Shown: piece by piece, positions 28,401 to 40,900 of the stretch
Layout: every line of letters starts with the position of its first letter
Numbering within the stretch: the stretch's first letter is position 1
NCBI RefSeq assembly: GCF_052425735.1
Contig: NC_135758.1
Location: 23,622,001-23,686,000 of the forward strand
DNA from: Oculina patagonica
Lineage: Eukaryota
Direction: 5' to 3'
Length of the DNA: 64,000 bases
The notes under the pieces: generated by a model
Seen by the model: only the letters and a program-made list of their open reading frames with translations
The model's database searches: none
Told to the model about the DNA's origin: nothing
Made by a program: the position numbers and the translations under genes

Positions 28401-31400
28401 GCATGCCAACAGCTTGTATACGATGTCTGTCGAAATTACCTCAACAACTATCAGTGATAAAAGACTTTTTAAATGGTGCGTGGTCTTAAATAAGTGTGCT
28501 GGGGCTGAAAGGGTGTAAGACAAATATTAACTTTTTTACCCCCACAAAGGTCACTGAGTTAATTTATATCACATACATTTATATTTACTTAATTTGTGAA
28601 TTCCCCAAAAAAAGAATCAGGACAAACATTTATAAATAGATTATCAAAAAAAAAAGACAAATGAAAAATTTAACAAAATAATAGAAAGTAAATTTGTTGT
28701 AAGTAAATTATTTTTTTCAATTTAAATAATTATTCTAAATGTTCACCATCACCACACATTAATTTTTTTCTAATAAAGGATTTTACATTTAAATTAGCAG
28801 CTCTTGCTTAAGGCATAGAAGCTCATATGTACAGCTAGGGTTTATTTATGCCTACTCCATAGAAAACCACTGTGCTAAGACTCAAAAAGCGACTTCAATC
28901 ACAGTTGCTAACTACAAAGTATTAATTGCTCACCTAAATGGCCAAGTAACACAGTTTCCAAAAACATTAAAATCCAAGCAAGTACTGAAGAAGTCCCACG
29001 TAAAATCCGGAATTGATTCCATAGACTTACAGATGCAAAGCCTTCTGTCTATTTTACATGGCTAAATATTTCAACATGCAGTCCAACTGCTCATATAAAT
29101 TAACAGCACGATGACACTAAACTGCAGCGGCAAAGATATTTTTAAGTTCAAATTTTAAAATTGACAAGTATTAAAGTTCAAAATAATGAAGAAGATTGTT
29201 TTAAGAAGATTGCAGGCCAATTTTTTCTGCATGTAAAGAAATCTGAGAAGCTTTGCACTTTACAGGTATTTGCAGACAGCTGGTGGATGGAGCGTTAATA
29301 ATTAATTGCATCAACCTTCTATGTTTTGCACATAGAGGCAAGGTTGTTATACAGTTTAGCAGGTGACGCATTGTGTATAACTGGTTCAACAGTGTCAATA
29401 TTTTTTATGGCTTATTTTTATAAAAACCCCACCCTACAGGCTATTAATTTTCTGAATCTGACTGTACAAGAAGCAATTCGCCTTAAACAAAATGTGTGCT
29501 TTTGGAATGACTTTCTATATTTTGCCAAGCTTTGAAACTTGAAAAAAAAATAACAAAACAAAATAAAAACAAAAGTGAGAAAATTTTAAGTGACATACAA
29601 TATATATTGACCATTTTAACTTGAAACCCGAGATGTTGTGAAAGTTGCAAAACCGCAAAACTTTGATATGCCGCACAAACAAACAAGACGCAGCAGCAGC
29701 CTGAAGATGCAGGGAGCTTTTGATTTGAAGTGAAGTTTGGAAAAAGAAAAATGTTCAATGGAGATGACGGTTTACAAATTGAAAGAGCAAAGCTGTTCGC
29801 TTTTTTTCAAGCGAGAGAGCTTGTTTGCAGGAACGAGTCTACAGTGGATTCCAGGTAATTTTTCCTCGACCTCAAATCAAAAGCGCTTGACGTTTGCACA
29901 CTGTCAGGCATCGAAACATTGTTCTAGTAACTCATTGAATATAACTTAAGTTTTAAATAAAACGTAAAACTGTATGAAAGCGGGTTTTGATTTTCTTTAA
30001 GTGTTGTTTAATAGTAAACTCGGTATCGAATGTTCTTAGTTTTTCGTTCGGCTTAGCTTTTATGACACAATATAAATTAGTGAATCGTTCAGAATTATAA
30101 GAACGCCGAATTATTTTTTCATGATCCTTGCAAACGGGTTGGCTACTCGCTCGGAATAATTCATGAGCCTTGCAAACGGGTCGGCTACTCGTTCGGAATA
30201 ATTCATGAGCCGTTCGAGTCGTTTAACCTCCCGTTCGGAATACTTAATAACCCGTTTGAACTTTCAGTGGAACTCGTTTCAAACGACTTCAAGACTCGTT
30301 TACAACCCTTTCGATAGTCGTTTATTTCACCCGTTTACTAGAAAGCCGCTAGTGTACGTTTTCTCGTGAAAGGTCACAATTGTTAATAAAATTAAATTAG
30401 TAAGTTTACTAGTTAATTGTTTAAACCTGCCATGCAGTTAGTTTAAACTCAGAGTCAAAGTCTAATTTACACAGCCCAGTCAAATAGTATTTGCTGTTGA
30501 AGTTGCAAGACTTTAAAGCCCTGTTAGAATGTGTACATGGATGAAGTAAGTGCCAATTGAGAATAAACTGTAAAATTTAATTCATGATATATTCATTATA
30601 TAAAAACTAACTTGGTCAAAAGTTGTTTGCTAAAAAATTTAAAATCTTCAATCTTCAGTTCCTACAGTGTACACTGTTATTACTTGTAAGCTTAATGAAC
30701 AAACAAACAAACAAGCTGTTATATTTATCATGAAAGGGCCTAACCAACAAATAAAAGTAAAGGATTCTGTGATGCACTTGTAAGTACATAAAGAACTACA
30801 AATAGAAAACAGCATTACAGGCATCATACATGTAAATTTTAAATTACAAAATAATTCAGTTCTCACTCAATTAAGGATGAACAAGGATGAATATTTCATG
30901 TTACTTCATGTTTATAATTCCCAAACACTAATGAGCAACTGACTTGAGTCTTCATGGCTGTTACATGTAAAGATCAATGAGGATTTTCGAAAAATAATGA
31001 CTTTAACAATAGACAACAAAATTTTACCTGAAATTTTTTAGCTGTTAGGAAAATCCAATGTGGTTTTTAAATTTGGGATTGCAAGAACCCAGTCTCCCAC
31101 ACTTTAACATTTCCCCTATGAGGAAGTTTGCTATTTTGCTTATGGGTGTCACATCCCACCCACTCAATTGTCATGCAAATGTGACATGTCACACTCCTAA
31201 AGCTGGACTTGATGATGAGCACAAGGGAAATCTTTAGGAGTCTAAGCGAGTAGCATCACAGAATGTGAATTCATATTTAGCAGTCAACAGGTCTTCGTGA
31301 ATTTTAATCACATATTTTCATGGGCCGCACCATCTCAAATTTTTTGCAGTTATGCCATTTCAGAGCCTCAATTTCTATCATGTTCAAGGCTAAGAATGTC

Positions 31401-34367
31401 TCGGGCTCCAAGAAGAGATTCATAGTAATCTTATTGTCTCACAAAGTCTCAGATTTCATCACAACACTGTTTATATAGAGGATATTACATGGTTGCGCGG
31501 AGATATGAAATTTATCTTCGAGTGTTCAAATCGATATCCAGACTAAGAGCCTCAATTTCTATCATGTTCAAGGCTAAGAATGTCTCGGGCTCCAAGAAGA
31601 GATTCATAGTAATCTCATTGTCTCACAAAGTCTCAGATTTCATCACGACACTGTTTATATAGAGGATATAACATGGTTGCGCATAGATATGAAATTTATC
31701 TTCGAGTGTTCAAATCGATATCCCACTCGTTCGCTGCGCTCACTCGTGAGATATCGATTGAAACACTCGAAGATAAATTTCTTATCTCCAAGCAACCATC
31801 TAATATTCTGTTTATTATATAAACCTACTAATTACGATGTTTTTGACGATTTTCCGAAGATAGCCGACCATTTTCCGAAGATTTCCGAAAAATTGCAAAA
31901 TGTTGTCCGAAGTTCGTACGAATGTTTCCGAACATTTTCCGAACTTTTCCGAAAATTTCCGAAGATTGCCGAGGAAGATCCGAAGATGTTTCGACTTAAA
32001 ATCGATTTACCTTGGCTCTATTCAGCATTGAAACAGGGCAAACTTGTCAGAAAATGTTTCGAAATCGATATCTTCACATGTGAAAGATATGATATCTTTC
32101 ACATGTGAAGATATGATTTTTCTCAGGAAGAGAAATCCTGGTTATTCACTCTAGTTTATATAATAAAATTATTTATTCTACAGTTAGAGAACATGTATAT
32201 TGCATCATGTGACATGCTTAGACTTAACAATCTGTAAAAAAAATAAACTATGAGTATAGCTTGACTTACTCTTTTCCAAAATTAAACATGACTTTCTGTC
32301 TTTTTCTGATACTTCTTCTATATCCCTCATCCTGTGGCTGAGACAACTGTTTCACCTGCAAAAATAATAGCATTTAATCAACCTGTTAAATTACACATGT
32401 TGGATGAAATTGTGTATTAAAGCATTTCTTTTAAATTTAATGAGTATCAGACCGGGTATTGTCCCATTGAATGATCCAAGACTGAGCATAAAGGGCAGCT
32501 GTGTGCTTGTCATACTCCTTGAATGATCTTGCAGCTCCTTATACAGTACATGTACATGTACGCTGGAATTGATTAAGATCTGGAGTCCATGGCAGTAGAC
32601 AGGGCACAATGGTCAGACATGCTTACACTATTGGTGTCATAACACCCTGTTGTTTTGATGATGATGATGCTGATGATCAGATGATGCTGATGATGATGAT
32701 GATAATGATGAATTATATATGTACATGTATATAACTCGACATGGCATGAGAAGCAAGTTTCCTATTTCCTTTATAAAAAGTAATTTTCAAATTGCTGGCC
32801 CTCAAACCATGATGTGCACATATGCCGTGACGTGCATCATGAGTCAGTAATCCATGCATATGATATACAGTAATCTGCACACTTTATTGAGCTATAAAGA
32901 ACTTTAACTAACCTATCGTAGAATGTCCAATTCCTTGAACATTTTAAACTCTGATAAACAATACATGTACCTGTATCTTTTTCTATGAGAAAGATACCTG
33001 TGAGAATCTCAGCTCCATTATGTTTTTATAATATATTGTTTTTTTAAGCTGTAAACAAATAGTAATTTGTGTGCCAATGTGTAAAAATATTACTTATAAG
33101 ATGAGACCCTCCCTGCTGTTTCAACATTAGTTTTTGGTCCCTGTCAGAAATTGGCAACAACAATGTCACCTGTTGCAGATTATTTTAAGATTTGTCACAG
33201 GTTTTTAGACCAAGTTAGTCAAAGAAATTTTACTCAGGCAAGGAAATTGATTGGCAATTTTGTATGCCAAGGAGCTGTCTTCAGAATAGCCAAAAATGAA
33301 ACCTGAGTGATGCATGTGTAATTATATTTTCAACCATTTGTTCTGTTTTCAATTGGCTTATGGACACCATTATATCAATCTTGGTTCTGGTTACAAATTG
33401 TACCTGTTTCTCCAAGCTGACTAGATCACCTTGTTTAGATATAGGCACCCTTAATACTTCAACCCGCTTTGTTTTAACCCTTTTTCACTCACCACAAGAG
33501 TAAGAAGGGAACTAGAAAATGAAACCCTTCACTGAAATAGAAATTTCGGTAATCGTCGTTCTAGTTTTGGTGAGACTATACATCCTGAGGGACAAATGTT
33601 CAATAATATCATTCTTCTCATTTACCCCTGCAAGCAACCACGATAGACTAACCATGCAAAAATATAGTGTGCAAACGATTATTGGAACCCTTGATGAAGA
33701 TGTATACACATCCAGGCATTCCCCAGGGATACAGATTAGCTTTACTGTTAAATATTAAAAGACAACTTTCATGTACTGAAACCGGATTTCGGGTGCATGA
33801 GCATCGGAGCGAAGCAAGAAAAATATACAAACAGCACAAAGCTTACGGACGTATAGATCAATTAATTGAACAGCAATATAACTAATCACGAGCCTTAATG
33901 ACGATTTTTAAATCACTCTATATGTTAATGATATAAGATATCGTCGTCCTAACCTTTCGCATCAATTTTTTCCCGTAAAAGATCATCTTGTCGCGCTTGC
34001 GAAACCTTGGCTTTGGGAAAACTGGAGCCTCATTTGGAACCTCAACTACAATGACATGCAGAAAGTATATAATAGGCAAGTTCAATATGAAACAAAGCTG
34101 CAAATAATCGGCTGAAAGCAGAAATCGCATGCAAACGTACCTTTTCTTCGGAACTTCTTGATGAAATAAATGGACAGAATGACGGTAGTTATGAACACAG
34201 TTCCGATGACTAAATTAACCTAAAATGGGCAGTAAAAATACAATCAATGTATTGCTTGGTAATTATGGTATCCCCTTCACCTGATAACTTACCGACACCT
34301 CCGAAAAGAGTTGGATTTCACGAAATTTTTCAACGATATAGTTGGCAGCCATCTTTGCTGCATCCAT
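1493..34367 (-). CDS. PNPLA7: Neuropathy target esterase / swiss cheese (PNPLA6/PNPLA7 co-ortholog), ~37 coding exons read; 3' end probably lies left of the window
   Basis: Spliced exon chain read by eye. N-terminus: 34293-34367 ([10 protein letters not shown]..), 34141-34219 (TM anchor [22 protein letters not shown]), ~33954-34044 ([18 protein letters not shown]), ~32271-32356, ~26601-26686 (FLEAD), ~26253-26311 ([13 protein letters not shown]), ~25977-26075 ([15 protein letters not shown]). cNMP-binding exons near 25356-25415, 23953-24033, 23299-23361, 22787-22852, 22373-22455 ([20 protein letters not shown]), 19153-19231, 18960-19031, 17848-17982, 12824-12957 ([11 protein letters not shown]), 12355-12479 ([11 protein letters not shown]), 11781-11831, 11348-11411, 10985-11070, then 9544-9658 ([13 protein letters not shown]). 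Patatin domain: 6013-6091 (GGGGAR), 5017-5129 (GTSMG), 2900-3016 ([11 protein letters not shown]), 2341-2488, 1830-1942 (YIRPPIDR), 1493-1532 ([12 protein letters not shown]). These are hallmark NTE motifs. Confidence 0.96.
2900..3016 (-). CDS. PNPLA7: NTE exon carrying the catalytic Asp (DGG motif)
   Basis: [37 protein letters not shown]. Confidence 0.93.
4367..4625 (+). mobile_element. tRNA-derived SINE-like repeat
   Basis: A-box TGGCCGAGTGG and B-box-like GGTTCAGGTCC followed by a non-tRNA body. Confidence 0.6.
4707..4950 (-). repeat. Dispersed repeat with an internal tRNA-like segment
   Basis: Minus strand reads TAGCTCAGTTGGTAGAGCA...GGGTTCGAATCCC, embedded between imperfect inverted arms (GTGAAG..ATGATCC / GGATCATTTCTTCAC). 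Confidence 0.55.
5017..5129 (-). CDS. PNPLA7: NTE exon carrying the patatin nucleophile elbow GTSMG
   Basis: [20 protein letters not shown], flanked by AG/GT. Confidence 0.93.
7006..7523. mobile_element. Tc1/mariner-type MITE
   Basis: TA|CAGTGGAACCCCGATATAACGAT ... ATCGTTATATCGGGGTTCCACTG|TA; internal ATCGTTATATCG repeats. Confidence 0.88.
7875..8160 (+). repeat. Dispersed duplicate of 40951-41236, containing a full exon of the plus-strand gene
   Basis: Near-identical ~286 bp segment; the exon copy at 7933-8029 keeps AG and GTAAGT. Confidence 0.9.
9143..9484. mobile_element. TTAA-flanked MITE (Kolobok-like termini)
   Basis: TTAA|AGATGAATTCCAGTCCGTACTGCGCA ... TGCGCAGTACGGACTGGAAATCAGCT|TTAA. 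Confidence 0.75.
12355..12479 (-). CDS. PNPLA7: NTE exon, third cyclic-nucleotide-binding domain
   Basis: [41 protein letters not shown]. Confidence 0.9.
14074..15018 (+). CDS. Intronless rhodopsin-class (class A) GPCR, biogenic-amine/adenosine receptor-like, nested antisense in an NTE intron
   Basis: 314 aa, seven hydrophobic segments, GN in TM1, LALADLLVG in TM2, DRY, SWFP in TM6, NPWLY in TM7; N-terminal NCS sequon. Confidence 0.93.
   Translation: MANNCSGELTFPESVILALLYSIIALPAIVGNAVFLWVIYKSRTVRTFSNLLLSSLALADLLVGLIIDPMWVVRCVLKPLPYSHPFKIAIDALWIQTCVTTTFSLCVVSLDRYIAIRFALLYNQIVTGKRCYTAGALVWIASFSFGFSRIMVTNPANLPKLWMCVTVLTILFPMILISFCYSRISVVAREQCKTIARQNVHVKLVSEGLRNRKAAKTVGFVVVLFLISWFPSLTTSFIHLTTSDNCRNMRLVWLWVELIAFLSSGINPWLYSLRNRDFRQEVNRVFRIRCFVTQRISLNLRLKTNTNEKQPQSI
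15720..16087. mobile_element. TTAA-flanked MITE (Kolobok-like)
   Basis: TTAA|AGGGACACTGTCAC ... GTGACAGTGTCCGT|TTAA. Confidence 0.75.
18325..18461. mobile_element. 137-bp GG...CC MITE with 8-bp TSD
   Basis: GGATCAATTTAGG ... CCTAAATTGATCC; AAAATTTG duplicated on both sides. Confidence 0.88.
20722..20868. other. Assembly gap
   Basis: Run of N. Confidence 0.99.
21571..21706. mobile_element. Near-perfect palindromic MITE with 9-bp TSD
   Basis: CACCCTCGGAGACCCAGGGGCAG... folds back around a GCCC loop; TTTCAATAC at 21562-70 and 21707-15. Confidence 0.9.
23005..23265 (+). mobile_element. Degenerate SINE-like repeat (related copy at ~37385-37590)
   Basis: Shared body GGACTAGC(G/A)TCCCA...CGCTTCATGC(T/C)ATGGAAAC in both copies, with a tRNA-like head. 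Confidence 0.5.
23689..23842. mobile_element. Tc1/mariner-type MITE
   Basis: TA|CAGTTGAATCCCGGTAACTC ... GAGTTATCGGGATTCAACTG|TA. Confidence 0.8.
27006..27450. mobile_element. TTAA-flanked non-autonomous element (Kolobok-like)
   Basis: TTAA|GGTGATTCC ... GGAATTACC|TTAA. Confidence 0.65.
31362..31722 (+). repeat. Tandem duplication of ~180 bp
   Basis: 31362-31539 and 31546-31722 are near-identical (AGAGCCTCAATTTCTATCATG...TCGATATCC). Confidence 0.9.
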
Positions 34368-34982
34368 CTTGTGTTTACTGCGTTGAAGTTAGCCGCTGGC
34401 TTAAGACGTTCGCGGGCTTGCTTGCCAGTGCCACGTTGAATTTGCGCGGGATTGGGCACCAAATTAAAATTGAAAATTCTGCTAAAAATACTCGTAAAGT
34501 ACCACAAGGATTGTGTTTATTTGAACAGGTCACACACTTGCGTTTCATCTGCAGTCTTGTTAGTTTGGTTAAATATAATTAGACACAACAAATTTTGCAG
34601 GACAAGGACTGCCGCAAAACGACTGATGTCCTTCTGCGCTAAAGAATAATTTAAAACCGTTGTTATAGAAATCGTGTTCGAACGAAAAAAAATGAGGAAA
34701 CACGGACGAAATTTAGATTATTCCATGTTGTATTTATTTTATATAAATTTAGTTATATAGAGCCGTTATTCTTGGGAAAATTGTTTATATTTGCATAGCT
34801 TAAGAGAAAAGTACGTAATTTCTTTGTTAAAAATCGAAGCTATGACGCTTAATTAATTATGACGCGATAATGAAATTGCATGTTGATTAATCTGCGCAGA
34901 TCGCTTGAATAATCCCGGCTTTTTCTGTCGACATGTAAAAGGAAAGAAAGGAAATCAATTTAGGAGTCTTTTGGCCTCTAAA
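34368..34982. promoter_or_regulatory. Probable bidirectional promoter region
   Basis: Only ~615 bp separate the divergent start codons at 34367 (-) and 34983 (+). Confidence 0.55.
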
Positions 34983-37900
34983 ATGGCAACAGCGTTAGAA
35001 GTATATCGTAGACGCTGCGTAGCCCAGGAACGAAAAAAGATCCACGAGTCTTCAGAATACATTTACCCTATGCGCGAAAAAAACAACAGCAAGCCTGCTC
35101 CAAGAAAAACGTCGTACTCAGTAGATTTTGCTAAAAAGGAAGGAAAGCCGGCAAAGCCGAGGCCCTGTTCTGTTACAAGACGGAATCGACCACACCCATC
35201 CCAGGTAAATAGCTTGACTATATTTCGGAAGACAAGACTTTCACACTTGAAATCTTAATTTTTAATATTAATTTTACCAGAAATTCTTCTATTTTGTCCT
35301 TCTCTTTGACCAGAATAACAAGCAGAAAATACATTCAGCAAGTCATGTCGTTAAATGACAAAATTATTTATATGTTTATTTTCTTTTTTTTTTCTTAGAA
35401 TTTCCTAAATTGGAGGATTCCTTCGAAACCGATGCCGGGCCAGAAAAGTAACGAAACTATAAATGCTCTTTTGAATTTATCAGATTTAGAAACAAAAGCA
35501 CGATTCTATGACGACTACGTTGGAAAATTTAGTAAGTATGCGCCAGCTCCCTGCATACAGGAAATTGTTTTTAATGATTACCAGGGATTTCGTTACTTTT
35601 AAGGGACTCGCGCTTTATAAAAGACAACTGTCTAAATGCTCGTGCAAAATGGCGCAATTAAAGGAGCAACATCACGATATTTTAGGTCATTTTTCTGATT
35701 ACTTTAAAATTAAAGGAAACCTCAAAGTAATAATTTTCGGATCAATTTAGGTTTCTGGGAAACTGCTAACCTACCCCTCCCCAAACCTAACATTTTGCCC
35801 AAAGCGATAAGTAAGGGTTAATGTTAGGTTTGGGGAGGGGTAGGTGAGCAGTTTCCCAGAAACCTAAATTGATCCTAATTTTCTAACGAAGAAAAGCAAC
35901 AAAGGAGTAATAAAAACGCGAAAATAAACAAGAATGGTTTTGACTGACGAAGATTGAGACGGATTACGAATGATAAACTTTGAAAAACTTGCCCAATTTT
36001 TTCAAGTTGCGTTGTCCTTGACGTAGCTCCTTTAACTGTAAACTGAGCGATGTACCCGCAAAATGACAAATTTATTGAAAAAACGCATCACGTTTGTTCT
36101 TCAGTTTGCTCGCGGTTAGTTCCACTCCGGTTTGCTTGCGGTTAGTTCCACTTCGGTTTGTTTGCGGTTATCTTTTATTTGTTAGTAAGGGCAGCTCCTT
36201 TTTTAAAAATTGATAGCTGTATTGCTTGCGTAGTACTGCTTTTGGCTACGCCATTTTGCGCGAGCATTTAGACAGTTGTTTTCCCTATATAGCGCGAGTA
36301 ACGAAAAAGGTAACGAAACAGGGCCATTAAGCGCGGGGATGATAGTGCATGATAGTTTATTGGTCAGCAGTTTAGCCAAAGACGGGCTCAATCCAAGATT
36401 TATGGCTGCCGTAAAGGAAATTCTATCGTTCGGTGAAGAAGAAAACCGAAATTTAGATTAATATTTGGACTATAGTGAAGCTGAAAACGAGAAAGTGAGT
36501 GGGAAGAAGAAGAGTAAAAGCAACGTCAAAAGCACAGAAAATATCACTGCCAGAAGCAAGAGATGGCGTGAAAGTATCGAAAACAAGGAAAAAACATGAA
36601 AACATTTCTGCACCGAGTGATAGTGGAGTTGAGAACGAGAAAAGCAAAGAATGAAATGCGCAAGCACATTGCGTGATTTCGACAAACTATCGTCAACTAT
36701 CATGGAGCGTTTGATCGTAAACATGATAGTCAATGTGATAGTGAATGATAGTTGGAAGCAGCGAACTACCATCAACTATCATGACCGTTTGATCCAGGCT
36801 TACCAGTTTAAAATGCAAGCGCGAGACAAGGTGATGTGACGTTCTAAAAATAGCATTTAAAAATATGTGAAAATAACTTACATTGTCCATACAATTTCCT
36901 TTCGATACCAGGATTGTCAAACAAAATGCTAGCTTCTCATAAAAAAAATTCGTTTTCATTACTCGCGCTCAGCAAGTACGTTCTCTGTTCTTGTGATGTC
37001 ACGCGCTAGCCCATGACACTATCCCTACTCAGGTCTTCAAATTACATACTTTAAAATACGTATTTCATAATTTATGTCATCCTGACAGCTTTTGGAAGTG
37101 GCATGGAGAACTGGGAAGAAATTTGCCACAATGTTAGAAGAGCGTCACCGTATTCAGCATTCCACACCAAGATATTTTTAAAAGTCAAAAGGCCCGGCCA
37201 AACGATCGCAAAATTTTTAATGAACATTAAAATGCGCGCGCCCTAAAATGATTCACAGTGACACGTGCATGTTGACCGGGCGGTTTTTCCAGACCGGCGC
37301 ATATCAACCCTTGCATTTTTATCACGTCAACTTGCGGTGATGATTCCAAAAAAAAAACGCGCGTGTTGGGGGTACTGTTAGGAAAATATATGGTTGATGC
37401 GTTTGACTCTGGATCCAGCTGCCCTGGTAGGAGTGCCTCTCTTCATCCTCTCTCCTAGCTCACTCAGTAAAGAAACCTAACAAAATTCTGGGAGCTTACC
37501 TGCGGTGGACTAGCATCCCAGAACTTTTGGCCGCTTCATGCCATGGAAACCGGGATATGCTTCTGAATTGTGGGCCAGTGACATGCTATGTAGGGTAAAA
37601 ATAGTTGCTTTTCCCGAGAAGAACAAGCGCAATACATATACCTTCAGTGTTACCATGTACCTGCATTAAATGAATTCATTGACAAGTTCTTTCGGACGCT
37701 TTCTTTTCTAACAATTCACCCAGTGGCAACGTTATTATTCTTTTTTTTTTTTTTCACAGATTCGAAGAAATGCAACCATTTTCAGAATATCGGCAATCCT
37801 GCGCCTCGTTATACAACAAGTAAGAAAAGTGACCATCCATTAAACATAGGAACCTTTTCACCTGATTACAAATGATTACTGTTTAGGTTCTACTAAATCC

Positions 37901-40900
37901 TGGGTGATTTTCTTAATCGGAAGCTGCTGCTGGTGCTGGTTGTTGAATAGAGAAAGAGAAATTAAAGAGAATTTTATTGGAGAAAGGGGAATTGTATCAG
38001 ATCACAAACACATTCACGAACAGATTAAGAAACTATTTGGTGTTTTTGTTTGGGTTGATAACTCAACATACAGTTAACCCTTTAACCGGCAGATTTCTGT
38101 GACTTTCTAAAGGTTTTTTCTGGGCTTAGACATTCTGTAGAACTTCGTGATTGCATATAAGAAGTTCAAGTAAAAATGTGTGCTGTTTCGAAACACCGAG
38201 GGCTCAAATTTTTATTGTGACGTCAGTAGTCGGCAGTTGCTTCTTTCGTAGGCGAGCTGTTGGGCTTGGATTTGGCTCGTTTTGTGTTTATAAGTGATTT
38301 TTCGAGTCATTTTTCACTGCAGAAGCCCCCAGGCTGGCATCATTAAGCTAGAATGGTGGGTAGAGGCCAGCATCTGAAAGAAACCAGAGGTGAGAGATGA
38401 TTTTGTCTTGATTGGAACGCCAGAAATATTCGAATGGAAAGATGGCGGTTCATGGGTAAAGTTGTCTCTCTGGCCGTTCTGTGGGTGGATTCCAAGACCT
38501 GCCAAGGCATTTTGGACGAGTTCTGACTTCCAAAGAATGCAATCGGTGCAACATTTTGCCGGCAGGATTGGGTGGCTCGACACTTCTAAAAAATATATGG
38601 AATAAAGGTAGGAAGCCTTTCATGCCGTCGCCATGACTGTTTTTCCCAAGCATCCCTTTCGGTCAGCAACGAGGAAATTACAGGTTTGCAAGCATAGCTC
38701 TAATCGAATAGTAATTGCTGAGTCTGCTGAATGATTGATGGGAAATTTCCTTGGTGAACGAAAGGGAATAGGGTTGAAGTTTGCTGCAAATGTATATTTT
38801 TGAAGTCAGAATTATTTTTTCATTAAAAAAAATGGAGGCAAAGATGTGTGTTTTTTGTTGTTGTCCTGTTACGTAGAAAACGGGCATTTTCAGATTTGCT
38901 GCTGAACAAACAACCATATGCAACATAAATCAAGAGTTGTAGTCAGTTAGTTGGCTTTTAAAGCTATGACAATTATCACTTTGCCATAAAAAGCAGTCAT
39001 TACTATCATGTGCCCAGATATGTAAAAGCTAGAGTTTTTTCAATCACTGCTGGTGATTTTCGTACACATATGTACGATTGCCGGTTAAAGGGTTAATCAA
39101 AATACCTTTTTTTCTAATTTAGGAGGAAAGAGGGGGGAGGGGGGGGGGGGTTTAACGGTAAACGTAACTTACCTTTTCGACCTAGTGTTTAATATTTTCA
39201 GCCACTTGTATTTCAATTTTACTTATATCATGACATCAAGCTTTAATCGACAAATGAAAGTTTTTCTATGTGGTTTCATTCCGTAGGACCCAGGTATCTA
39301 AAACGAGCTGAATTTGAAGGCAATACCAACGAGGAAGAGACCCCTGGTTCTCTACCCATAGTAAGTGGAGTTAATTTTTATTGCATGAGTAAAACCAGTT
39401 GCCAATTCTTATCTGTCACGAATTTTTTTTTGTACCAGTGGGACCCAGTGGGAAATTTTGTAATCTTGCACCCAGATCTCCCACTGCCAGTCGGTCGTGG
39501 GATCTGGGTTCAACATAAGGAATCAAGAGTAATTCTGGTTGTTGTATCGTCTCCCTTATTGAATTTCTCTTGATCAGATTATTTACGATGTAAACTAATA
39601 ACAAGATTTCTTTTCAGTGCATCATACCACCGTTATGCATGTCAAAAGACGCAGGCCAGAGGTACGATACCTTAGTTGCCAGAAACTCCTCAAGAGGTAG
39701 GTACTGATGAAACTGGTAAAAGAGGGTCTGGATGGGGGAGGGGGGGGGGTGAGCATATGTCAGTTGTCAGTTAACCCATCCAAATCCTCCTAAAAAGGTG
39801 CTCAATCTTAGATAACAGAAATCTGTAACACTTATTTTTTCCTTATCGAGAAGCTCAAAACGTCCCAGCTTCACGTTCATTTGCACTGGAAATATTTTTC
39901 AATTAATTGTTTATTACAGTTTTTTTTACAATTACCCGGTAAGCATTTGTACTCCTTTCACGGATGCCTCCATGAAGAAAATTCACTAGGTTTATTTTCC
40001 GTCTTTTCTACAACTTGTCGTTCAATTAAGAATATACGTCTATATATTTCCAACAATTTAAGTGCAAGTTCGACGTTTTTCTGTGTTCCTCAGAGAGGGT
40101 GATAATTGAAAGTTGTTTAGACGCTGGAGACCGCGGATATTTAGGAAAGGTAAGACAACGATAAATAGTCACGATTACAAATAACCATAATACTGAATTT
40201 AAATGTTTTTGGAATAAAAATCAAAATCGGGAATTTGCAGAGGCATATCCACAGAGTGTTTCTTTATACAATGTTTCCAGATCAAGCGAGTGCTCTCACT
40301 ACTGCGCAATTTACAGTTATTATTGCGTACACGATAGTACCTTCCACAAACCTATTTTAACTAATATATTTTGCTTTGGTTTTAACGCTTTTTTGTCGTT
40401 TTCCTTCTTTTTTAGAGCTTGGAAAACGCAATTCAAGCTGAAGCAATTCCCGCCATTCACCGGTGGCTTAAATCTCAGAGTGAATCAGGTAACTCTCATC
40501 ATGTGGTTCTTTCTTGGGGTTTCTTTACACACTCACACACTTCGAATTCCTCTACATGCAGTAATTACTTTTTTTAAACCAACACTAATCTAAAAAGAAT
40601 TCAAACAAAACAATCAACATAACCGAGCTCGAAGCAAAAACACATGTTCGATACTACACTGCGCGGGTAAACGCGTGCACGACAAGTCACATGATTGCAA
40701 CAGGTTTGCTCCCAGTTAAATACAACTGAACGTTTACCCTTTGCACTGATTGAAAAGAAGATATTGAACGGGCTTTGATCATGGCGAAAGCAAAGACGTA
40801 ATTGCTTTTGACAGTCCGACCAAAACAGGGAGCCTATCGCTGACCTGTAGCAACGGTGGCTCTGGTACTCTGGGATGAATGAAGGCAAAGTCGCGCGTGC

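Noticed and set aside
31677-32108. 143-aa ORF
   Set aside because: Lies in a low-complexity TTTCCGAA-rich dispersed repeat with no domain signal
37091-37180. Extra exon of the plus-strand gene (AFGSGMENWEEIC..)
   Set aside because: Runs into a stop, and no donor gives a phase compatible with the downstream chain; not needed for an open frame
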